A DNA stretch of 62,283 bases, filler included, from Actinomycetota bacterium (GTDB taxonomy: Bacteria > Actinomycetota > Acidimicrobiia > Spongiisociales > UBA4744): the NCBI GenBank assembly GCA_013152275.1. It is 6 parts of 6 records of this genome, joined end to end, with 100 filler letters (N's around TTAATTAATTAA, not from the genome) between each part and the next. Parts side by side here need not be neighbours in the genome. Positions count along the whole stretch, not along the records: positions 1 to 9,341 come from JAADGS010000062.1; positions 9,442 to 26,380 come from JAADGS010000050.1; 4 more parts are not named here. One strand, written 5' to 3'. This document shows positions 9,252-19,061 of this stretch, one piece after another. Positions within the stretch are counted from its first letter, which is position 1. Every line of letters begins with the position of its first letter. Made by a program: the position numbers and the translations under genes. The notes under the pieces were generated by a model. It was not told where the DNA came from and searched no databases. It saw only the letters and a list, made by a program, of their open reading frames with translations.

Positions 9252-9308
9252 TGTCAACACCGCTTGAATACTGACCCCCTGGCACCGCTTGGGTTCTAGG
9301 GGTCAGCA
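9252..9308 (+). mobile_element. IS21-family-like terminal repeat remnant
   Basis: TGTCAACACCGCTTGAATACTGACCCCCTGGCACCGCTTG: TG terminus with repeated CACCGCTTG, starting exactly where integrase copy 3 breaks. Confidence 0.65.
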
Positions 9309-9341
9309 CAACGCTTCAGCGAGACAGAGCGTCTCCATTCC

Positions 9342-9441
9342 NNNNNNNNNNNNNNNNNNNNNNNNNNNNNNNNNNNNNNNNNNNNTTAATTAATTAANNN
9401 NNNNNNNNNNNNNNNNNNNNNNNNNNNNNNNNNNNNNNNNN
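9342..9441. other. Artificial contig linker
   Basis: 100-bp N run with central TTAATTAATTAA; identical linkers at 26381-26480, 33162-33261, 46054-46153, 52375-52474. Confidence 0.97.
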
Positions 9442-9751
9442 CCGGCTCGGGCTCGGACGCTTCTTCGGAGGCGGGTTCGGGGGCAGGCGCTGACGCCACA
9501 GGGACCTGCTCGCCGGCCTCACCGACGACGACCAGCGGCGTGCCCACCTTCACCGTCTCGCCTTCCGAGACGAGGATCGCCAGGATCGTTCCCTCGACGG
9601 GGGACGGGATCTCGGTGTCCACCTTGTCGGTGGAGACCTCGACGAGGACCTCGTCCTCACGAATCGTGTCGCCCACCTTCTTCGGCCAGGAGAGAATCGT
9701 TCCCTCCGTGACCGTCTCACCCAGCTGCGGCATGTTGACCGTCGTGGCCAT
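9442..9751 (-). CDS. 2-oxoacid dehydrogenase E2, N-terminal lipoyl domain (partial)
   Basis: MPQLGETVTEGTI...EVSTDKVDTEIPSP lipoyl motif; follows lpdA. Confidence 0.92.
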
Positions 9752-9787
9752 CCTCGCTCCTCTCACATGGCGGCCCGTGCCGCCGGT

Positions 9788-11161
9788 TCAGTGCAGACTT
9801 CTTCCGCTTGCGCTGAGCAATGTTTCGCCCACCGCCTCCGAAAGGGTCGGATGGGCGTGAATGAACGCCGCCGCCTCGGACGGCAGCGCCTCCCAGCCCA
9901 CTGCGTACATCATCTCATGGATCAGCTCGCCCGCTTGGGGCCCGACGATCACCGCTCCCAGGATCGGACCGTTCTTCTCCGCGACGATCTTCACGATGCC
10001 GCGATTCTGCCCGATGATCCTCGCGCGGCTCACCGCGGCGAACCCGTGGCTGGTCACCTCGACGTCGAACCCGAGTTCTTTCGCCTTGGCTTCCGAGTAA
10101 CCGACCTCGGCCATCTCGGGGCGCGTGTACACGACGAGCGGGACTGCGCGATAGTCGACCGGCTGCGTCTCTCCGGTGGCGATGTAGGTGATCGCCGCGA
10201 TCGCCTCGGCGAACCCGACGTGGGCGAGCTGCGGTGTCCCCGCGACGATGTCGCCGATCGCGTACACGCCCGGTTCGGCCGTCTGCATCGTCGCCTTGTC
10301 GACTTCGACGAACCCGCGATCCACCACGGCTTTGGTGCTCTCCAGGCCGATCCCGTCGGTGAGGGGCTTGCGACCGACGGCGACCAGCACGACGTCGACA
10401 TCGACCGAGTCGTCGCCGAACGGCACCGTCACCCCCGTGTCGGTGATCTGCGCGGGTCCGACCTGCACCGACGTACGGATCTTGACGCCGTGACGCTTGA
10501 GGTTGCGGGTCAGTTCCTTCGCTGCGTCCGCGTCGGCCCCGGGAACGATCTGATCCATCATCTCGAACAGGTGCACTTCGCTGCCGACGTCGACGAGCAT
10601 CGAGGCGAACTCGCACCCGATCGCCCCGGCACCGATGATGGCGACCCGCTTGGGCTGCGTCTCCCAGTCGAGGGCGTCGTCGGAGGTGACGATCTTCGTT
10701 CCGTCGAACTCGTACCCGGGAATCGAGCGAGGACCCGAACCGGTCGCGACGATGACGTTGCGGCCCTCGAGAACTCGTTCGCCGTCGACACCGGCCACCC
10801 GCACCTTGCCGGGGCCCTCGATGCGACCGAACCCGGAGATGATCTCCGCGCCGCGGGATCGAAGGAGGCCGGCGAGGCCTTTGGTCAGGCCGGCGACGAT
10901 GTCGTTCTTGCGGGCGTGGGCGACGCCCCAGTCGAGTGTCGGCTCGGTCGAGTTGACGCCGAAGCCGGCCGCCTCCTTGACGGTGGTGAACACTTCGGCG
11001 GTGTGGAGCCAGTGCTTTGCGGGGATACAGCCGCGGTTGAGACAGGTCCCACCGACCTGCTGGTCTTTCTCGACGAGGGCGACGCTGAGGCCGAAATTGT
11101 GCGCATACAGGGCAGCCGCGTACCCCCCGGGCCCGGCACCGATGATGACGACGTCGTACAA
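9788..11161 (-). CDS. lpdA: Dihydrolipoyl dehydrogenase
   Basis: GAGPGGY, GGTCLNRGCIP, HAHPTLSE. Confidence 0.96.
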   Translation of the reverse strand: MYDVVIIGAGPGGYAAALYAHNFGLSVALVEKDQQVGGTCLNRGCIPAKHWLHTAEVFTTVKEAAGFGVNSTEPTLDWGVAHARKNDIVAGLTKGLAGLLRSRGAEIISGFGRIEGPGKVRVAGVDGERVLEGRNVIVATGSGPRSIPGYEFDGTKIVTSDDALDWETQPKRVAIIGAGAIGCEFASMLVDVGSEVHLFEMMDQIVPGADADAAKELTRNLKRHGVKIRTSVQVGPAQITDTGVTVPFGDDSVDVDVVLVAVGRKPLTDGIGLESTKAVVDRGFVEVDKATMQTAEPGVYAIGDIVAGTPQLAHVGFAEAIAAITYIATGETQPVDYRAVPLVVYTRPEMAEVGYSEAKAKELGFDVEVTSHGFAAVSRARIIGQNRGIVKIVAEKNGPILGAVIVGPQAGELIHEMMYAVGWEALPSEAAAFIHAHPTLSEAVGETLLSASGRSLH

Positions 11162-11223
11162 GGAGATCCTCCGTGTGGGGGGCCCGAGGATAGTGGCCTC
11201 CCGGCGGTGCAGTATCTACAAAA

Positions 11224-11336
11224 CGGTTTCTGGTCAATGCTGGCGTCGCATACCGACGCTGCCATTGACAGGAAAAACAGAGGTCGGTTTCTGGTCAATG
11301 CTGGCGTCGCATACCGACGCCGGCATTGACGAGAAC
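11224..11336. repeat. Tandem pair of ~49-bp palindromic REP-like elements
   Basis: TTTCTGGTCAATGCTGGCGTCG-CATAC-CGACGC..CATTGAC..GAA x2, 61-bp period. Confidence 0.88.
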
Positions 11337-11356
11337 GCTGGCTACTGTGTTTGGCC

Positions 11357-11989
11357 GTGATCCAACTCCCCTCCTCCAACCACGTGATCGACACCGAGGC
11401 GGGCATTCGCCTCGAGGCACGTTGGGACGAACCGGACGTTGCCACCGGCGTGGTCGTGTTCTGTCACCCGCATCCACAGGCCGGCGGCACCATGCACGCC
11501 CCCCTGATGCATCGGGTGACCCATGGCCTCGTCGAGCGCGGCTTTGCGGTGCTGCGCTTCAACTTTCGGGGTGTCGGGGCATCAACAGGAACCTGGGACC
11601 GGGGAGAAGGCGAGATCGACGACGTCGCCGCCGCGGTGCAGGACGCTCGAGACCGCCACGCCGACCTCCCCCTCGGTCTGGCAGGCTGGTCGTTCGGTGC
11701 CCTGACCTCGCTTCGCTGGCAGGGACGGTCCGACGACGACTCCCCCTACGCCGGTATCGCGCTGCCGGTCGGCATGTTCGCCGAGCCGAAACGATTGGCC
11801 CCGGCACCCAGGGTGCTGATCATCGGAGATCGTGACCAGTTCGCCACCGTCGAGGCGACCCGTACCTACGCGAAGTCGATCGGAGCGACGGTGGAAGTCC
11901 TCGAAGGCAGTGACCACTTCTTCACGTTCCGGCACGACCGTGTGACCGAGATCGTCGCCCAGACACTCGCTCAGCGACACGAGCGGTAG
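11357..11989 (+). CDS. Alpha/beta hydrolase
   Basis: CHPHPQAGGTM, RFNFRGVG, GWSFG, DHFF. Confidence 0.92.
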   Translation: MIQLPSSNHVIDTEAGIRLEARWDEPDVATGVVVFCHPHPQAGGTMHAPLMHRVTHGLVERGFAVLRFNFRGVGASTGTWDRGEGEIDDVAAAVQDARDRHADLPLGLAGWSFGALTSLRWQGRSDDDSPYAGIALPVGMFAEPKRLAPAPRVLIIGDRDQFATVEATRTYAKSIGATVEVLEGSDHFFTFRHDRVTEIVAQTLAQRHER

Positions 11990-12135
11990 AACAGGACCCC
12001 GACGAGCACCCCGCCGGCCACCCCGTACCCGAGCCAGGCGGTCGATTCGCGTCCCAAGGCCCAAGCGGCCATGAACGCGAACGCGACTCCGAAGAACACA
12101 CCCACGACCAGCCACCATCCGACGCTTCGACCCAT
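11971..12135 (-). CDS. Small two-helix membrane protein
   Basis: MGRSVGWWLVVGVFFGVAFAFMAAWALG...GYGVAGGVLVGVLFY. Confidence 0.55.
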   Translation of the reverse strand: MGRSVGWWLVVGVFFGVAFAFMAAWALGRESTAWLGYGVAGGVLVGVLFYRSCR

Positions 12136-12337
12136 GACGAACCCCTCGCAGCCCCCAGCCCGGTTCAATGTATCGCACTTGAGCCGCCGCGTGAAGGGGC
12201 AAGCACGGCTTTGCACCCGTCTCGTGAGGATTCACGCCGAGATTCCACGCCCGTGGGCACCGCCCGGTAATCTCCCGACTGTTGGTCGTTGGGGGAGACG
12301 GCCGGAGACAACCGGAGCGAGACATGAGGAGGCCACC

Positions 12338-13423
12338 GTGCCGCAATACCGTATAGCAGCAATCCCCGGAGACGGAGTGGGCGCCGAGATCACCCAGGAG
12401 GCCACCCGAATTCTCAACGCTGCGGCCCAGATCCACGGATTCGACGTCGAACTCGAGACGTTCGATTGGTCATGCGATTACTACCTCCAAAACGGCGTGA
12501 TGATGCCCGAGAACGCCCTGTCGACACTCGCAGATTTCGACAGCATCTTCCTTGGTTGCATCGGGGACGCGAACAAGGTCCCCGACCACATCTCCCTGCA
12601 GCTCCTCCTCGCGATCCGTACCGGCTTCGACCAGTACGTCAATCTTCGCCCGATCAAGCTCTATCCGGGAGTACGTACTCCGATCACCACGGCCACCCCG
12701 GAGACCGTCGACATGCTGGTCATCCGTGAGAACACCGAAGGCGAGTACTCGCGGGTCGGCGGCATCTTCAAGCAGGGAACGCCCGAAAGCTTCGCGCTGC
12801 AGACGGGCGTGTTCACGTGGAAGGGCTGTGAGCGCGTCATCCGCTATGCGTTCGACGCCGCCGTCCAGCGAAGAGACACCGCCGGCTCCCCCGGACGCGT
12901 CACCAACTGCACGAAGTCGAACGCACTGAACTACTCGATGGTCTTCTGGGACGAGGTGTACGCGGCGGTGGCCCAGGACTACCCGACCGTCGAGACGGAC
13001 ATGGCGCTCGTGGACGCCCTCACGATGTGGTTCGTCAAGAACCCCGGCTGGTTCGACGTGGTCGTGGCCTCGAACCTCTTCGGAGACATCATCACCGACC
13101 TCGGCGCGATGCTCCAGGGCGGAATGGGGTTCGCCGGCGGCGGAAACGTCAATCCGGAGCGGACCTACCCGTCGATGTTCGAACCCATTCACGGTTCCGC
13201 ACCCAAGTACACGGGCAAACGTATCGTCAATCCGATCGCCTCGATCGAAGCGATCAGGATGATGCTCGAACATCTGGGCGAGAAGGAGGCGGCGGACAAC
13301 GTTCAGCAGGCGGTTGCATCGACCCTGGGAAAGGGCGAGGTCCGCACCAGGGACATGGGTGGGAACAACACAACCGATGAAGTCGGCCTGGCCGTCGAGA
13401 AGGCGATGAGGGCGACCGCATGA
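12338..13423 (+). CDS. Tartrate/D-malate-type decarboxylating dehydrogenase (IDH/IPMDH family)
   Basis: IPGDGVG, FDQYVNLRP, RENTEGEYS, TKSN, SNLFGDIITD, MFEPIHGSAP; RBS GAGGAGG before GTG. Confidence 0.88.
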   Translation: MPQYRIAAIPGDGVGAEITQEATRILNAAAQIHGFDVELETFDWSCDYYLQNGVMMPENALSTLADFDSIFLGCIGDANKVPDHISLQLLLAIRTGFDQYVNLRPIKLYPGVRTPITTATPETVDMLVIRENTEGEYSRVGGIFKQGTPESFALQTGVFTWKGCERVIRYAFDAAVQRRDTAGSPGRVTNCTKSNALNYSMVFWDEVYAAVAQDYPTVETDMALVDALTMWFVKNPGWFDVVVASNLFGDIITDLGAMLQGGMGFAGGGNVNPERTYPSMFEPIHGSAPKYTGKRIVNPIASIEAIRMMLEHLGEKEAADNVQQAVASTLGKGEVRTRDMGGNNTTDEVGLAVEKAMRATA

Positions 13424-13449
13424 CAGGACGCGGCGAGGAGGTTCCAACG

Positions 13450-14469
13450 ATGGCAAAGGTCAAAGTGGGTGTTGCGGGCTATGGCGTGATCGGGCAACGC
13501 CTGGCCGATGGTGCCGCCCGGCAGGAAGACATGGAGGTTGTCGGTGTCGCCGATGTGGCCCCCACCCTCTCGGTGCAGGCGCTCGCAGAACGCGGCATGC
13601 CCTTCGATCTCTACGCCGCCAATGCGGACGGCCGGACCGCGCTGGAGGGGGCCGGCATCCCCGTCACGGGAGACTTCGACGACCTCCTCGGACAAGTGGA
13701 CATCATGCTGGACGCCACCGGGGCAGGCATCGGCGCCAAGAACAAGGAGAAATACGTCCAACGCGGCATCAAGGCGATCTTCCAGGGGGGAGAAGCAGGC
13801 GAAGTGGCGGACGTGTTCTTCCACGGCTACGCCAACTACGAGAAGGGCCTCGGGCGTGACTACCTGAAGCTCACCTCCTGCAACACGACCGGCCTGATAC
13901 GGGCGGTCGACTGTCTCGATCGTGCCGTCGGCATCGAGAAGGTCGCCGTCACGATCATCCGACGTGTCGCCGATCCGGGTGACACCCATCGCGGTCTGGT
14001 CGACTCTCTCCTCATGGAGCCGATTCCCAATCATCAAGCGGTCGACCTGATGAACATCATGCCCCACATCGACGCGACGGGCCTGCTGGTGCACGCTCCG
14101 GTCACTCACGGCCACATCATCAGCATCGTCGCCACGCCGAAACGCTCGATCGGCAAGGACGCGGTCATCGAGGCCTTCCGGGAGCATCCCCGCATTCGAG
14201 TCGTGAAGATCGCCGACGGGTTCACCACCAACACGTCGCTCTTCAACTATGCCCGCTTTCTCGGTCATCCTCGTGGAGACATGTATGAGATCGGACTGTT
14301 CGAAGAGACCGTCGGCATGTCTGGCGATGACGTGATGTTCGCCATCAACATCCCCCAGGAGTCGGTGGTCATCCCGGAAACGATCGATGGAATCCGGGCG
14401 GCGCTCGAGCTGCAGACCGACCGCCTCGAAGCCGTCGGACTGACCAACAAATACCTGGGCATCGGCTGA
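13450..14469 (+). CDS. gap: Type II (archaeal-type) glyceraldehyde-3-phosphate dehydrogenase
   Basis: GYGVIGQRLAD, FQGGE, SCNTTGL, RRVADP, QESVVIPETIDGIRA are class II signatures (class I has SCTTNCL). Confidence 0.9.
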   Translation: MAKVKVGVAGYGVIGQRLADGAARQEDMEVVGVADVAPTLSVQALAERGMPFDLYAANADGRTALEGAGIPVTGDFDDLLGQVDIMLDATGAGIGAKNKEKYVQRGIKAIFQGGEAGEVADVFFHGYANYEKGLGRDYLKLTSCNTTGLIRAVDCLDRAVGIEKVAVTIIRRVADPGDTHRGLVDSLLMEPIPNHQAVDLMNIMPHIDATGLLVHAPVTHGHIISIVATPKRSIGKDAVIEAFREHPRIRVVKIADGFTTNTSLFNYARFLGHPRGDMYEIGLFEETVGMSGDDVMFAINIPQESVVIPETIDGIRAALELQTDRLEAVGLTNKYLGIG

Positions 14470-14488
14470 ACCAGGGATCGGACACGTC

Positions 14489-15739
14489 ATGAAGATCGCA
14501 TCGCTCGACGACTTCGACGTCCGCGGCTCTCGGGTCCTGCTCCGCGTCGACATCAACTCTCCGATCGACCAGGAGACCGGCGCGATCGCCGACGACAACC
14601 GGCTGAACAAGAGCCTTCCCACAATCGAGGACCTGGCGAGCGCGGGAGCGAAGACCGTGATCATCGCCCACCAGGGCGACACGCTGGACTACCACAACCT
14701 CGTCTCCCTCGAGGAGCATGCGGTGAAGCTCTCGGAGAAGCTGAGCCGCACGGTGTCGTTCATCGACGATGTGGCCGGTCCGGCGGCGCGGCGCGCGATC
14801 CTCGATCTGGAAGACGGGGAGATCCTCCTTCTCGACAATCTTCGCTTCCTCACCGAGGAGGTCTCCACGTTCGAGAACGCGGTCAAGCTCACACCGAAGG
14901 AGATGACCAGGACCTACCTCGTGCGGAACCTTGCGCCGCTCTTCGACCTGTACGTCAACGATGCGTTCGCGGCTGCGCACCGGAGCGCCCCGTCGATGGT
15001 CGCGTTCCAGGAACTCCTGCCCACGGCGGGAGGGCGTCTCCTCCTCGAAGAAGTCGCCGCACTGTCGAACATTGCCGAGAATCCGGAGCGGCCGTGCGTC
15101 TTCGTCCTGGGCGGATTGAAGATCTCCGATGCCTTCGGGATGATGACGAAGATCCTCGCCGAGGGAACGGCCGACACGCTGCTCACGACCGGTATCACCG
15201 GGCACATCATGCTCATGGCGGCCGGTATCGACCTGGGGCCGGCCTCGGTGCGCTTCATCCGGGATCGGTCACTCGACGCCTTCGTTCCCCAGGCCGTCGA
15301 TTACCTGGCGCGATACGGTGATCGGATACGGGTGCCGATCGACGTCGCCGTGGATGACCATGGCCGCAGGCGCGAGGTGCCCGTATCGGACCTTCCGACC
15401 GACCTGATGATCATCGACATAGGCTCCGAGACCATCGCCGAGTACGGCCGGGTCATCAACGAGGCCGCGACCGTGTTCGTCAACGGCCCGGCGGGTGTGT
15501 ACGAGTCGCAGATCGGCGCCACCGGCACACGCTCCCTCTGGGAGGCGGTGGCCGCCACATCGGGACGCTCGGTGATCGGCGGCGGCGACACCGTCGCCGG
15601 CGCACGTCGGTTCATCGATCTGAACGACATCGACTTCGTGAGCACCGGTGGTGGTGCGCTGATCCGCTACCTGAGCGGCCGGCCTCTCCCCCTCCTGAGG
15701 GCGATGGAGAAGGCGGCCGAACGGGACCTGGCACGGTGA
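14489..15739 (+). CDS. pgk: Phosphoglycerate kinase, archaeal-type
   Basis: LRVDINSP, AHQG, NLRF, NDAFAAAHRS, GGLKISD, NGPAGVYE, GGGDT, STGGGA. Confidence 0.9.
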   Translation: MKIASLDDFDVRGSRVLLRVDINSPIDQETGAIADDNRLNKSLPTIEDLASAGAKTVIIAHQGDTLDYHNLVSLEEHAVKLSEKLSRTVSFIDDVAGPAARRAILDLEDGEILLLDNLRFLTEEVSTFENAVKLTPKEMTRTYLVRNLAPLFDLYVNDAFAAAHRSAPSMVAFQELLPTAGGRLLLEEVAALSNIAENPERPCVFVLGGLKISDAFGMMTKILAEGTADTLLTTGITGHIMLMAAGIDLGPASVRFIRDRSLDAFVPQAVDYLARYGDRIRVPIDVAVDDHGRRREVPVSDLPTDLMIIDIGSETIAEYGRVINEAATVFVNGPAGVYESQIGATGTRSLWEAVAATSGRSVIGGGDTVAGARRFIDLNDIDFVSTGGGALIRYLSGRPLPLLRAMEKAAERDLAR

Positions 15740-16005
15740 GCGCCGGCGGCGCGGACCGGGCCCCTGTGATGGGTTCGGCTCGCTCCCCGTGGCTGCGCGA
15801 CGATGGCCACGGATACGCCGACAGTGCCCTGGCTACGCCCGGACGCTCTTCGGGCCGTCCGATGATGCATCCGCCGCGATGGTGATGAACACACCGGCGT
15901 GACCGACCCGGGTGCTCGATCACCCGCCGGAACGGCTCCGGTGCACGCCTGGCACAATGGGCGCTACATTGAGGCGCAAGCAGGCCAAACGAGGAGGATA
16001 CGGAC

Positions 16006-16404
16006 GTGGCTGGAACCTTTGTACCGAATGCATCGGTCGATTTCGAAACACTGGACTGGGGACAGCTCGGTTGGCTGTCCCGACCGGCATCCACCGGAGC
16101 GAAACAGCTCGTCGTCATCGATGTTCGGCTCGATCCAGGCGGCTGCCACAATTTCCACAAGCACCCCGATCAGGAAGAGGTCCTCTTTGTGGTCGAAGGG
16201 GCGGTCGAACAGTGGATCGGCGACGAGAAGCACATCATGGCGGCGGGCGACTCCTGCTTCGTCCCGAAGGACACGGTCCACGCCTCGTTCAACGACTCCG
16301 ATGACGATGCGAAGTTGCTGGCCATCCTCGGTCCTTGCGTCGGTGAGGCCGGATACGAACTCGTCGACGTCTCCGGGGAAGAACCTTGGGCTTCGCTTCG
16401 CTGA
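16006..16404 (+). CDS. Cupin domain protein
   Basis: HNFHKHPDQEE and GDSCFVPKDTVH motifs. Confidence 0.9.
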   Translation: MAGTFVPNASVDFETLDWGQLGWLSRPASTGAKQLVVIDVRLDPGGCHNFHKHPDQEEVLFVVEGAVEQWIGDEKHIMAAGDSCFVPKDTVHASFNDSDDDAKLLAILGPCVGEAGYELVDVSGEEPWASLR

Positions 16405-16532
16405 TCGCCGACGTCGGCCCGACCCGTACGAGATCCGCTGCGCGCGCCCGCCTGACGNNNNNNNNNNNNNNNNNNNNNNNNNNNNNNNNNNNNNNNNNNN
16501 NNNNNNNNNNNNNNNNNNNNNNNNNNNNNNNN

Positions 16533-16703
16533 AGCGACCGATTCGTCGACGACGTCGCCGCTCACGGGTCACACGAAAAGCTCCGGGCGGCGATCGCACG
16601 CGTGCACGCGCCCGGAGCCGACCATGTGGCCGCCATACGCCCGGCTCCGCAGGGATCTCCTGTCGATCGGACCGGTCTCGAAGCGATGGGGCCCACCTCT
16701 TGA
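16533..16703 (+). CDS. C-terminal fragment of an LLM-class F420-dependent oxidoreductase (next to gap)
   Basis: SDRFVDDVAAHG...GADHV resembles LLM C-termini; remainder missing or in the N gap. Confidence 0.45.
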   Translation, partial: SDRFVDDVAAHGSHEKLRAAIARVHAPGADHVAAIRPAPQGSPVDRTGLEAMGPTS

Positions 16704-16791
16704 CCGGTATCTCTGGGCCCGACTATCGTAAATACTCGATAATCGATGATTTGCCCGGGTGTGTCCGATCGACCTGGCCGTGGAGGTGACG

Positions 16792-17160
16792 GTGGAACTC
16801 AAAGCCGTGACGAGAGAAGAAGCGCGGGTGTTCAATCTGCCCGGCAGGGATTGGCTGCACTACATCGGCCCGGAGATCGGCGATGCCCGGAATCTGACCG
16901 TCGGCTACTCGGTGTTCCCTCCAGATTCGGCCCCCGAGGGGCATGTCCACCCGACCGAGGAAGAAGTCATCTACATCGTCTCGGGCAAGGGTGAGCTGGT
17001 GACACCCGAGGGCACGGCCATCCTCGAACCCGGCACCTGCGTGTACATTCCGCCGGGTCTGCACCACCAGACCGTTTCCCGCGGCCCCGGACCCCTGGAG
17101 ATGGTCACCGCCTTCTCTCCACCTATTGTTCCCGGCTCATACGAGAAAGAGAACGAATGA
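16792..17160 (+). CDS. Cupin domain protein
   Basis: GHVHPTEEE and PGTCVYIPPGLHH; RBS GGAGG. Confidence 0.9.
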   Translation: MELKAVTREEARVFNLPGRDWLHYIGPEIGDARNLTVGYSVFPPDSAPEGHVHPTEEEVIYIVSGKGELVTPEGTAILEPGTCVYIPPGLHHQTVSRGPGPLEMVTAFSPPIVPGSYEKENE

Positions 17161-17191
17161 ACGTGAGCGCACCGCCCGAACCGAGATCCGA

Positions 17192-18058
17192 ATGAAGACA
17201 GCCGAGCCGACCATCGCCGAGATCGCCGACATCGCCCGCAGGGCTCGTATCCAGATTCTCAAAGCGGTCGCCCATGCAAAAGGTGGCCATGTGGGCGGCC
17301 CCTATTCGGCAATCGACATGCTGGCCACCCTCTACTTTCGCGTTCTGAATGTTCGGCCCGATGAACCGGACTGGCCCGACCGAGACCGGTTCGTGCTGTC
17401 CAAGGGCCACAGCTCCATCGCCTTGTACACCATCCTGGCGATGCGGGGCTTCTTCGACATGGAGGAGCTGGCGACGTTCGACTCGATCGACTCCAGGCTG
17501 CAAGGCCATCCGGACATGACGATCACCCCGGGTGTCGACATGTCGTCCGGCTCGCTCGGCCTCGGTTTCGCCGGGGCACTCGGCATCGCCCTCGGGGCCC
17601 GAACATTGGGCAAGGACTTCACCACCTATGTGATGCTCGGCGACGGTGAGTGCAACGAGGGGATCGTGTGGGAAGGGGCCCATGTGGCCAACCGCTATCA
17701 CCTCGACAACATCGTGGCGATCATCGACCAGAACAACCTCCAGCAGTTCGGCTGGCGCGGCGACACGGAGACCGAACGCCTCACCCCGTACGTCGGAGAC
17801 GAGCTCGCCGGCCGCTGGAAGGCGTTCGGATGGCACGTGCTGGAGGTGGACGGTCACGACATTCAAGCGTTCCTGGACACCGTGGAGAAGGCCCGGGCCG
17901 TCTCCGGAAGCCCCGTCGCGATCGTGGCCCACACCATCAAAGGCAAAGGGGTCTCCTACATGGAGGACAACTACACATGGCACAGCAGGGTGCCGACCGA
18001 GGAGGAGTTCGCCATCGCGATGCAGGAACTCGGCGACACGAAAGCCGGTGAACGATGA
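17192..18058 (+). CDS. Transketolase N-terminal subunit
   Basis: GHVGG, RDRFVLSKGH, LQGHP, GSLG, TPP motif GDGE..EG...N. Confidence 0.94.
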   Translation: MKTAEPTIAEIADIARRARIQILKAVAHAKGGHVGGPYSAIDMLATLYFRVLNVRPDEPDWPDRDRFVLSKGHSSIALYTILAMRGFFDMEELATFDSIDSRLQGHPDMTITPGVDMSSGSLGLGFAGALGIALGARTLGKDFTTYVMLGDGECNEGIVWEGAHVANRYHLDNIVAIIDQNNLQQFGWRGDTETERLTPYVGDELAGRWKAFGWHVLEVDGHDIQAFLDTVEKARAVSGSPVAIVAHTIKGKGVSYMEDNYTWHSRVPTEEEFAIAMQELGDTKAGER

Positions 18059-19008
18059 CCAGTCTCGCACCGGGGAAAGCGCTCAGAGTGGCCTTCGGTG
18101 AGACGATCGCCGAACTCGCAAGGACCGATCCCCGACTTGTCGTCCTCGACGGCGATACCGGGAGCTCCACCCGGACGGACTTCTTCGAGAACGAGCATCC
18201 GGAACGGTTCTTCCAGATGGGGATCACCGAACAGAACATGCTCGGCATGGCAGCCGGCATGGCGACGCTCGGGTTGATCCCGATCGTCAGCACCTTTGCC
18301 TGCTTCATCGTCTCTCGGGCACACGACTCGATCCGGGTGCTGATCGCCCAGCCGAAGCTGAACGTCAAACTGATGGGCGGATACGCCGGTCTGCTTGCCG
18401 GGATGACCGGCAAGACACACCTCATCTTCGATGACATCTCCATCATGCGAGCAATGGCGAACATGACGGTGATCGCCCCCGCCGACGAGATCGAGACCCG
18501 CAAGGCGCTGCCCGCGATCATCGACCATCCCGGTCCGGTGTACCTGCGGCTGACCCGCCCCAACTCGCCGATCCTCTTCGATGACGACTACGAGTTCGAG
18601 ATCGGCAAGGCGGTCACCCTTCGAGAAGGGTCCGACATCACCGTCTTCTCGACGGGTTTGCAGAGCGTCCGCGCGTACGAGGCCGCGCAAACACTGGCAA
18701 CCGAGGGCATCGACGTGCACCTCGTCCACGTGCCGACGATCAAGCCACTCGACGTCGACGCAATCGTGAGCGCCGCAGCGAAGACGGACCTGGTGATGAC
18801 GTCGGAGGAGCACACCATCGTGGGCGGTCTTGGCGGGGCGATCGCCGAGACTCTGGCGGAGCACCATCCCGTAACGGTCAAGCGACACGGTCTGCAGGAC
18901 GTGTTCGGAGAGTCCGGGCCCGACGCGGCTCTCCTCGAGAAGTACGGCATCTCGCCGTCGAAGACGGCCGAGGCGGTCCGTGAGACGGTCCGCTCTCACA
19001 AGGCGTGA
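18055..19008 (+). CDS. Transketolase C-terminal subunit
   Basis: GITEQNM, GPVYLRL, TIKPLD, EEHTIVGGLG; ATGA overlap with previous gene. Confidence 0.94.
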   Translation: MTSLAPGKALRVAFGETIAELARTDPRLVVLDGDTGSSTRTDFFENEHPERFFQMGITEQNMLGMAAGMATLGLIPIVSTFACFIVSRAHDSIRVLIAQPKLNVKLMGGYAGLLAGMTGKTHLIFDDISIMRAMANMTVIAPADEIETRKALPAIIDHPGPVYLRLTRPNSPILFDDDYEFEIGKAVTLREGSDITVFSTGLQSVRAYEAAQTLATEGIDVHLVHVPTIKPLDVDAIVSAAAKTDLVMTSEEHTIVGGLGGAIAETLAEHHPVTVKRHGLQDVFGESGPDAALLEKYGISPSKTAEAVRETVRSHKA

Positions 19009-19061
19009 CCGGAGGGACGGTCGGTAGAGGCATGGAACTGGAGAAGGTGGAGGGAACGTAA

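Noticed and set aside
9342..9441. TTAATTAATTAA within N runs (five occurrences)
   Set aside because: Artificial six-frame-stop linker; ORFs ending in LIN and cross-linker gene neighbourhoods are artefacts
9767..11329. Long antisense ORFs (e.g. 9767-11329, 19581-21485, 37006-38949, 56849-58861)
   Set aside because: Shadow frames of high-GC genes with no recognisable motifs
11224..11336. Possible CRISPR mini-array (also 41417-41528)
   Set aside because: Only two ~50-bp units with ~10-nt spacers and no cas genes; fits REP-like elements
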